Source: Psammoneis japonica
Taxonomy: Eukaryota
NCBI GenBank assembly: GCA_008632985.1
Contig: QPGO01000066.1
Span: forward strand, 120,384-140,383
Direction: 5' to 3'
Length of the DNA: 20,000 nt
The position numbers and the translations under genes are program-made. The notes under the pieces were generated by a model. That model ran no database searches, was not told where the DNA came from, and was given only the letters and a program-made list of their open reading frames with translations. Shown here piece after piece: positions 12,490 through 20,000 of this stretch. The first letter of the stretch is position 1, and each line of letters starts with the position of its first letter.

Positions 12490-12815
12490 TGGAGAAGAAT
12501 CAGTCTGATTTTCTTCCCATTTTTGTTGTCGTCGACGAACTTCTTTTTGACACCATTTTTCCGCATCGGCCACACCCGACTCGTGCATTTCATTCATGAC
12601 TTCTGGTGATGACGACTGGAGGACGAGCTTCAGCAGAGTTGGGACACTGTTTGTTTTGCTGCATGGACTGATTTCATCATTTGTGTCCACGTCGCCTGAC
12701 GGATTCCTCAAACGAATCTTGCTGAGCGGAATCACAGACACATTCACGGTCCGCTTGACTTGCGAGCCATGCATTTGTTGCAGGACTTTCAAGTCGGGAC
12801 AACCAAATCGACAGT
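12490..12815 (-). pseudogene. Gene fragment, possibly the C-terminus of a patatin-like phospholipase
   Basis: RFGCPD...KRTVNVSVIP...DEISP...LLKLVLQSSSPEVMNEMHESGVADAEKW resembles the patatin/PNPLA tail (..YExGxxDAxxW). No GxSxG motif present; tentative. Confidence 0.4.
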
Positions 12816-13465
12816 GACGTGTTGCTGCTGTTGTGGTTGCGTGAGTTTCCTGGTCTGCCGTCATCCATTGGGCTCCTTCCAAAGCAAAAACAACAACAGC
12901 ATCAACAGCACCTGCAGCAGCAAGGGTGGGATTGACAGTGTTGGGCATGCCAGGGGGCCGAAACGCAGGTGCGGCGTTGGAATTCGTGACAGCATCTGTG
13001 GGAGGCGGTGGGGCGAGAATGAAAGAAGTGTGAGTTGTTGGCATTTCATTGTGGATGTCATTGGCAAAAGACAATGACAGCATCAACAGTGCCTGTGGCA
13101 GCAAGGGTGGGAGCAACAGTGTCGGGCATGCCAGGGGCCCAAAACGCAGGTGCGGCGTTGGAATTCGTGACAGCATCTGTGGGAGGTGGTGGAGCATGCA
13201 AACAACAGTGTGAGTTTGCAGCATCTCATTTTGCGTGCATCACACCCACGAGAACCGGAACAATGACATCACCTGTTGCATCAGTGTCATCAGCAATGGT
13301 GTCAGTGGGATCGGCATCCTGGGAAGGCAATGGGGAAGAACCACTGGGCAACATCATGGTCGAGTCGTCAAAACATGTGATGTTTTGGTGTGTGTGCTGT
13401 CTTCCAAAAAGTGCACTTCTGTGCGCACCCTCGGTTTTTGGTGGTTCACAGCTCCCCTGCCACAG

Positions 13466-14885
13466 GGACACACTGCATTTTGTCGCATTTGGCGACATTT
13501 TCTTAAATGAATTGATGATTTGTCGCGAAAAGACGCGAATTGCGACAAAGTGTCCGGGTTGGCGATAAACAGGACAGAAACATTGTTCAACCAAGTCACA
13601 AAATGATTGTTGTCATTTACAACCAACCTGCACTTTGGTGATGTCGTTTCAATGAGTGGGGCAATCAACAGAATTTGGCGATCGATGTCATCGACGAAAA
13701 TTCATCTGACAAAATTTGTCGCATCCGACAAATTTTGTCGGACGTCCGACAAAATTTGTCGGCATGTGACACGACACGACACGACACAACAAAGACACGA
13801 CAAGAAACGACACGACAAGACATGACATGACACGTCACGACACGTCACGACACGTCACGACACGACGACTCACGACTCATGAACGAAACACCCATGCCCC
13901 CCACACACGCCAACCGCTAACGTCTCCGTCAACACCATGTCTCTTTTGCACGATGATGCAAAGTGACGATCGTGCCGCTCTCGGCGGTCTCCAACATTTC
14001 ATCCACAATCTCGTGGAGACGGCACGTCCATGCGACTGGGCACTTCTGAATGTTGGGGAGCGTTGCATTGTCGGCATGTCGCAAATGTCCATCTGTCGGC
14101 ATTTGTCGGCTCTTGTCGGCGTTTTTCGTACATTGTCGGGGTTTGTCGGACATGACAAAATTTGTCGTGTGCAGTCTTCGCCGAAAGTCAAGGATGGATC
14201 TACGTGCTGCGGTCTCATTTAAAACAGCTCGCATTTCCCGCACTTCACCGTGCCATTTTGACCTGCCTCGGAACACCCCCAAACACCACTCATGCGTTTG
14301 TCAAACCCTCATGGGGGCTGTCAGATGGCTTTAAGAGCTGCACATTTGGTGCTTCAAATGCCACTTGTCGACCTGTGCCCTGTTGTCAGGTCAAAAAAAC
14401 TGCCATTTTTTGCTAAAATCAGGCTTCTCATGGGAGATCAGCGGCAACTTTCCGGGAAATGCCAACAAGTGGCATTTGACTGGCTGTGGACATGTCTCCA
14501 GTCGTTGCGGTAAAAGTCGCTCATGGTCACACCTGTTGTTTGAGCATTCTAGGGTGTCTGGCGAATGGACAAAGTTCGACCAATCGCTGAAATTTTTTTT
14601 TTTGCGAACGTGCGCGCATTTGCTGCGATGCATCCGGGTTGTTTTTACAAAAATTGCGAGCTCCCAAAAAACAGAACACAGCACACAGATCCATCCTCAA
14701 ATTCATCATGTGGCACTGCAGTTGACACAACGTTTGTGTTTGGGACATGCCATCGCCAATTGAATGATGACTTTGTCTTAATTTATCGCCAACGATTGAA
14801 ATTTGTCTCAAAGGGCATTTTTCACGACAAATCGTCCAATTCATGCATGGGAATGTTGCAATTGGCGACAAAATGCCGTGTGTCC
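13466..14885. mobile_element. 1420-bp non-autonomous TIR element, PIF/Harbinger-like (3-bp CAG TSD)
   Basis: About 130-bp imperfect TIRs starting GGACACAC(T/G)GCATTTTGTCGC. CAG at 13463-13465 and 14886-14888. Excision restores CTCCCCTGCCACAGGGGTG. Many TGTCG/CGACA motifs. Confidence 0.8.
13725..13880. repeat. Perfect 38-bp palindrome followed by a degenerate (CACGA)n array
   Basis: CCGACAAATTTTGTCGGAC|GTCCGACAAAATTTGTCGG (13725-13762), then GACACGACACGACACG... from about 13768 to 13880. Confidence 0.9.
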
Positions 14886-15427
14886 CAGGGGTGCAATCGG
14901 CGGATTGAAAGATTTCAGCCTTGGACCCAATTAAAAAAATCAACGGACAAGTGAACTGAAAAATGTGGCGGTGCATGCAGTGCACTGTGCGTGTCGGCAC
15001 GACTTGGTCAACGGGTGCGGTGGGCACACCCCTGTGGCAGGGGAGCTGTGTGTGTGTTCGTGGTTGCACGCGCACGGCTTTGCCGTGCGTTGAGTTTCAA
15101 TGTCAACATCCACATGAATGTGTGTGTTCCACAAGCAAAAATTCCCATTCCACAGCTCCCCCAAAACTCCAACCACCAAAAACCGAGGGTGCGGAAGCGC
15201 ACTTTTTGGAAGACTGCACACACACCAAAACATCACGCGTTTTGTCGACTCGACCATGACGACCTCCCGTTCTTCGTCCCCCACACCACCTGACGCATCC
15301 CCGCTGCCACATCTGATGTGGCAGTCCCTCCTGCATTGGCCGGCACCGTTGCACCCGCTGTCGTCACCCAAACACAGCCGATTTGCCATCCAGAGGATTT
15401 GGGCTTCTGTTCGCCGGATCCTGTGCC

Positions 15428-15823
15428 GACGCGTTCCAGACGCAGGTGGGAATCCGTGTGACATTGGGCCCGTAGACTTCTGCGTGCGAGCTCCGTAGTA
15501 AAATTGTGCAGCAATTAAAATGTCAATGATCGCCAACAGAAAATGAGGCAATTTTGCGAATGCACAAACTCGCACATGATTGAAGCACATCATTTTTTGC
15601 TTGGCCAGTTACATTCTTCAGACATTGAAGAATGCAACTGGCGCATCATTGTTTCTATAAATTTGTCATGTAAAACGTCAGGGGCTTCGCAAAACAGCGA
15701 GTCTGGACAATTTTTTTTAAACATCACATGCAGAAATCTACGTGCAAAACATACGACGGATGACAAAAATTGTTGTTGTCACACGTCAGTGCTACGAGCT
15801 CCCACCTGGGGCTGGAACGCATC
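15428..15823. mobile_element. 396-bp MITE (GACGCG terminus) with 4-bp TSD TGCC
   Basis: Left GACGCGTTCCAGACGCAGGTGGGA, right TCCCACCTGGGGCTGGAACGCATC. TGCC at 15424-15427 and 15824-15827. Opposite orientation to 5387-5775; retains several TA sites. Confidence 0.85.
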
Positions 15824-15953
15824 TGCCTGAAACACAAACACAGCGCTGGGATTGGTCTGCCCCTGTCATTGCATCCCCAGAGAAACTGGACTCTTGTTCG
15901 CATCATCGTGTTGTGGAAGGTTCTGATGAGCCGTCTCTCAAATGGTCTGGGGT

Positions 15954-16596
15954 GCAGCTCCGAAACCAGCCGCCACGGAAACGACACAAGATGAAGAGGA
16001 TGAAGAAGAAGAAGAAGAAGATCTTCATGCAGAAGAAGCAGTTGCGGATGATTGTTTGTATGAAGAAGAAGAGGAGGAGGAAGTGGAATTCAATCCCATG
16101 TCCATGTCCATCTGAGGCCGCACTTGCAGGAGTTTTTGCAAAGCATTCATGGCAAGCATGAATTCATTGTCTTTACGGCATCTCAACAAGTTTGTGCCGA
16201 TGAGTTGTTGAATTGAATTGATCCGGGTGAGTGGCAGTGCATGTTGCAGTTGTGTGTTTTTTGAGTTGAAGTGCGCTTCCCACCCACCCATCAGATGGCA
16301 AGTTTGTTCAACACCGCATGTTTCGTGAATCCTGTCTTGCCGTGGAAGGCAATTGCCTCAAGGACTTGAATGTCTTGGGCCGTGACTTGGACAAGACGGT
16401 CTTGGTGGACAACTCGCTGCACGCCTTTGGCTGTCAGGTGGACAATGGCATTCCCATTGAATCGTGGTTTGACGATCCCAACGACGTGGAATTGTCAAAG
16501 CTGGCGGAATTTTTAGAGAAGCTGCCTCACGACAATGTCAAGCCCACGGTGCGAGCCAAGTTTCAAACGTGGAAACTTGCACAAGAGGCACGTTAA
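15954..16596 (+). pseudogene. FCP1/SCP (NIF) CTD phosphatase fragment, CTDSPL2-like, with retained intron and deleted catalytic motif
   Basis: An acidic tract ending EEEVEFNP is joined out of frame at about 16098 to VHVHLRPHLQEFL..KHEFIVFTASQQVCADELLN*IDP. A GT-AG intron at 16227-16294 follows, then DGKFVQHRMFRESC..GNCLKDL..LGRDL..TVLVDNS..AFGCQVDNGIPIESWFDD. DLDETL is absent. Confidence 0.9.
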
Positions 16597-16696
16597 CGAA
16601 AGAAAAACATGGGGAAGAAAAGAAAACAATTGCAGCACTGTTGGCTGTGGACAATGGATCTGTCATGATTTGACTTGCAGTTTGTGCATGCAGTGT

Positions 16697-17140
16697 TCTC
16701 TGGCAGGCTTGTGGCACTGCGTGATGCTTGCAAGGGACTGCAAGGAGGCAAGTTTGTGTGTGTCACAATGTGTTCTTTTTTCTGCTAGGTCGCATGTTGC
16801 AGCAATCCACACACCCAAATTCAAGCAGTCGTTGTCATTTGTGGGCCCTGTCCAATCTCCGGCAGGCATTGTGTGTTGCACTGTGTGTTCTTTCCAGTCG
16901 ACTGCAAGATGGCACAATGTTGTGTGTCTCCATCATTGTGTGTTCTTTGGCCATTTTGCAGCAATCCGCACACACGAGTTCAAGTGTTCTGCTTCATTGT
17001 CGTTGTCATTTGCACCCAATCTCTGGCAGGCATGTTGCACTGTGTGTTGCTTCCAGTCCACTGTGAGGCAGCTGCAAGTTGTGTGTCCATCACATCATGT
17101 GCTCCACTGTTTTTCACTGTGTCGCAGCAATCCGCACACC
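16697..17140 (+). repeat. Degenerate tandem repeat, ~160-bp unit, ~2.7 copies
   Basis: GCAGCAATCCRCACAC at 16799, 16958 and 17124. TCTC(C/T)GGCAGGC...GCACTG(C/T)GTG recurs three times. Confidence 0.8.
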
Positions 17141-17637
17141 TGAACTCAGGTCTGTTTGAAGCACACGGCATGACATGTCACTCTGCCAAGCATGCGGAGC
17201 CTTTTGGAAGACATCAAGAGAGACCCGCAAGATGGATGCGGCGGCAGTGTCATCGGAAAAGGTGCCGTCAATTTGGCTGGAAACGGCAGCATCCATGCAA
17301 ACATCTTGTGCAGCAGCAGTGTGTTGGTTGCCCGAAATTTGAGGCATCCCGCTAGAAGGAAGCATGCCACACATGTCAGCAGAAACGGGAGAAGAAGGCG
17401 GTTCGGCGCATGTGTGGACGGAGGAGCAGCAAGGTGCAGGGGACGAAGAACGGGGGGTCGTCATGGTCAAGTTGTCAAAACGCGTGTTTTTTGTGCGGAG
17501 AAAAAGAGCTCCCAAAAGTGCGCTTCCGAACCCTCGGTTTTTGGTGGCCAGAGTTTCAGGGGAGAACATGGTTCAGGATTTTTCCTGCTGCCACTAGCAT
17601 TTGTGTACAAATGCATAAATAAATGACAGAACATTTA

Positions 17638-18346
17638 TCTCGCGCACGTGTGCGCGGTTATTAGACTGTGTAGGCGTGCGCACGTGTGTGAGGTGTAAGT
17701 AGAATAAACGTAGAATTACTGCTGAGTGAGTTGACATGCGGTGGATTTTCCGCCGGTACACAGTCTACGTGGTCTACATGAAAGATAAATTTATGTTGGT
17801 CTCTTATGGTTTTACATATCATTAACATTGCTCCGGTCTTGAAAAGATACATACCCAAATTCAAAAAAGTGAGGAACACCCCGAAACATATTTTAAAATC
17901 TGAATAAAAAAAATTTCTATTTAACGTCCCGAACAGAGTTGTCGCGAAGCGCTTCTCAAATTATCTTCAGATTGGATATAGCGAAAACTCCACTATTACC
18001 AAAACAGAGTCACTATGGGCAAAATAGATGTCCGTCCTTCGCGCGCAATAACAGCAGCCTCACGATAACGCACAACAACACCATGGCGAGCAACGCGAAC
18101 GCCGTTCACTTATCTACCAGCTTATTGGACAATATTTATGCAATGTATTTCTGGGTCTAGTTGGGATTCTTCTCATTGCTTGTTGCCGTGTCATGTTACA
18201 ACGTTTGACCCACCCCACGCCGTGTTTTTTGCTTTGTTGCCTCTGCTCGCGCGCCACCAACAGCTTTTCCTGCAGGGCATGGCTAGTTGGACGGTCACAT
18301 CGAACCCAAACGTGCGCAACCAACTAGCCCTACCCCGGCTAACTCA
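17638..18346 (+). mobile_element. ~709-bp non-coding insertion with normal TpA content; Helitron2/Helentron-like ends
   Basis: Splits the alpha-type end of Pack element 2; the flanks rejoin to match the reverse complement of 10761-10885. 5' hairpin CGCGCAC-GT-GTGCGCG (17641-17656). Asymmetric 8-bp inverted repeat GCGCACGT (17642-17649) / ACGTGCGC (18310-18317). 3' stem GGCTAGTTGG / CCAACTAGCC (18281-18329). No TIR. The insertion is well supported; the class is tentative. Confidence 0.6.
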
Positions 18347-18466
18347 CACAAAAATATGATGAATGAGACATGAGCTGCCACGCAACCATGACATCACCAC
18401 GTTCTCCCCTGCCACAGGGGTGCGGCGGGCGGCGGCGGGGGGGACTTGGGACACAACAATGCACTG

Positions 18467-18740
18467 TGTAGGATGGAGAGTTCAGGACTCTCTTGAGGTT
18501 GTGCAACACAACAGAGGATGATAAGAAGTGGGTTTGGGACAACAAGATGCGCCAAAGACACGAATTGTGAGAAGATCTCACGAGGGATTGGAGATGACAT
18601 TGTGACCCAACGGTCGTGTGTGTCACTCCGATTGCTGTCGCTAGAAGACTCAACGGACATTTCTTCCGGAAGAAGAGATCCATGACCGGAAGCGTCATCC
18701 GTGAATCAGATTCGGTTGTTGACTCGTGACTCTCCCTCTC
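18467..18740 (-). mobile_element. Polypurine tract and putative 3' LTR of the Copia element
   Basis: The minus strand reads GAGAGGGAG (18740-18732) shortly after the pol stop, then AGTCACG... to ...CATCCTACA (18467). The LTR end cannot be confirmed without the 5' LTR. Confidence 0.55.
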
Positions 18741-18767
18741 AACCGAAAAGAGAAGGAGAACTGTCAG

Positions 18768-20000
18768 TCACCAGCCCATGAGGGCTTTGCGACCAGCACG
18801 GAACAGATCAACAGTCAATCCTTTAGCAAACTGGTCAGCAAGCTGTGCAGCTGAGCTCACAGGCTCAATTTTGATCTCCAAAGCCTCAACTTTAGTGCGA
18901 AACCAATGGCAGGGAATGCCGATGTGCTTGGTTCGTGGGGACAATTTTGGCATGCGGGCGAATTGGAGGCAGGCAGCATTATCTTCGTACACAACGGATG
19001 CTGGGAGGTTAGTGGAGTCAATGGGAGAATCCTCAGTTCCGTCGTTGGTGTGTCGGAAAGCCTTCGAATGTGTCGAAATATCGGTCTGTCTGTCCGGCTG
19101 TCCGAAAACGAGCGCGTTGATTTCCTTCACGATCTCGCGAAGGGGGATGAGATCACGCATCGCTTGGGAGAGGGCGACATGCTCGGCTTCCATGGCAGAG
19201 AGTGCGACGAGGGTCTGTGGCTTGGACACCCAGACAATCGGACATCCTGCACAACAAATGACACATCCCGCACGTGACTCAACAGACGTGGGATCTTGTC
19301 CATCTTCAACACTGAAGAGTCCCGCGAAATCAGCATCAACATGGCAGTCGAGTCGTTGATCGGCGGTTGGAGTTAGGATAAGTCCTTTATCGGCTGCATC
19401 CTTCAGGTGACGAAGAATGCGCTTGACAGCCGCAGCGTGGGAGGCCTTGGGTGCGCAGGAGAACCGTGCGACTTGATGGGTCGCGCAAGCAATGTCTGGG
19501 CGGCTGTTGGATGCTAGATGCATCAGCATGCCGACCACGGAACGGTGGTCACAAGGCTCTTCGAACGGTGGCCCTTCGGCATCGCTGCCAGCAGGAGCAG
19601 GCAAGGCAGGAGTGGGTGCGCCATTGCACTCAGTCATCTGTGCGGTGCGGAGAACTTTCTCAATTAGGCCGGGTTGGGTCAGGAGGAATCGGCCGTCTTC
19701 GAGCTTTTGAATCTTGATGCCTGGAAAGTTACCGACTTCGCCTTCATCACGTAGATCAAAGACATGGCGTTGCTCATCGTCAGAAATGCCCAACTTGGCA
19801 ATCTCTGCTTCCAAGGCTTGGGCCGATGCGCCGGCGAACACGGCATCATCAACATGTGCCACACATGACATGCCCTTTTTGAAATAAAGACAAGGGTCAA
19901 TGGCGGATTGAATCCATCCTCTTTCGAGCAATCCGTCCCTCAGCTTTTCATAGAAGCACTTGGGAGACTGGCGTAGGCCGCACAGGCCTTTCAACAATTT
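18768..20000 (-). mobile_element. pol: Ty1/Copia pol, RT and RNase H region (CoDi-like), hypermutated and probably inactive
   Basis: Motifs GLRQSP, IDPCLY, HVDD (=YVDD), SRPDIA, VDADFAG, EAEHVALS, YEDN, RTKHI, QLADQFAKGL and terminal LMGW*. Continues beyond the window. Confidence 0.97.

Larger units (their letters stand above)
10925..13447. repeat. Long inverted arms (about 10925-11432 and 12885-13447), each with a ~182-bp internal tandem repeat
   Basis: For example CCACCGCCTCCCACAGATGCTGTCAC occurs at about 11174 and 11356, with reverse-complement copies at about 12985 and 13165. Confidence 0.9.
10761..14893. mobile_element. Pack-type non-autonomous TIR transposon 1 (MULE-like, 9-bp TSD) with gene-fragment cargo
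   Basis: Termini CACCCCTGTGGCAGGGGAG / CTCCCCTGCCACAGGGGTG; the right terminus is restored once the nested 13466-14885 element is removed. TSD CAATCGGCA (10752-10760) / CAATCGGCG (14894-14902). No transposase seen. Confidence 0.85.
1700..17590. other. TpA-depleted, TpG/CpA-enriched hypermutated repeat domain
   Basis: Manual count: 4 TA in 6301-9120 versus about 39 in 1-1200. ORFs are Cys/His-rich and almost Tyr-free. Boundaries are approximate. Confidence 0.95.
15027..18422. mobile_element. Pack-type non-autonomous TIR transposon 2 (same family, opposite orientation)
   Basis: Same termini as element 1. TSD CGGTGGGCA (15018-15026) / CGGCGGGCG (18423-18431), with both mismatches at CpG. Shares the subterminal block ACCACCAAAAACCGAGGG...CGCGTTTTG..ACT.GACCATGA. 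Confidence 0.85.

Noticed and set aside
13768..13880. CRISPR array or telomeric repeat
   Set aside because: Degenerate 5-mer array with no repeat-spacer structure or cas genes, located inside a TIR element.
1700..17600. The many 60-220 aa ORFs in the track as real genes
   Set aside because: They overlap in all frames, lack family motifs and are explained by TAA/TAG depletion.
1700..17600. Classical RIP or CpG decay alone as the cause of TG/CA excess
   Set aside because: RIP would raise TpA. CpG decay cannot turn TAY into CAY/TGY or CTA into CCA, and CpG-rich segments still lack TA.
18778..19359. 193-aa plus-strand ORF
   Set aside because: Antisense shadow of Copia pol.
18768..19997. Alternative genetic code or RNA editing to explain Tyr->His/Cys
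   Set aside because: The adjacent GT34 gene uses Tyr normally. Changes occur on both strands, across codon boundaries and in non-coding DNA elements.

Overview
Eukaryotic DNA, most likely from a diatom or other stramenopile (inferred from a CoDi-like Copia element, a short GT-AG intron and the gene families present). The left end holds an apparently intact GT34-family glycosyltransferase gene (minus strand, runs off the window, absent from the ORF track). From about 1.7 to 17.6 kb lies a graveyard of nested non-autonomous DNA transposons and gene fragments, followed by the 3' part of a Ty1/Copia element. The main signal is a repeat-targeted, two-strand TpA->TpG/CpA (A:T->G:C) hypermutation, the reverse of fungal RIP. 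By manual count there are about 39 TA dinucleotides in 1-1200 but only 4 in 6301-9120. Conserved Tyr codons become His/Cys in the Copia RT/RNase H and in captured genes, and paralogous repeat copies differ mainly at TA sites. Also resolved: two Pack-type TIR elements with 9-bp TSDs carrying different gene fragments (sulfatase, patatin-like, CTD phosphatase), a Harbinger-like element with a CAG TSD nested in one terminus, a MITE family with 4-bp TSDs, and an unmutated Helitron2-like insert. Most ORF-track entries are artefacts of TAA/TAG loss.
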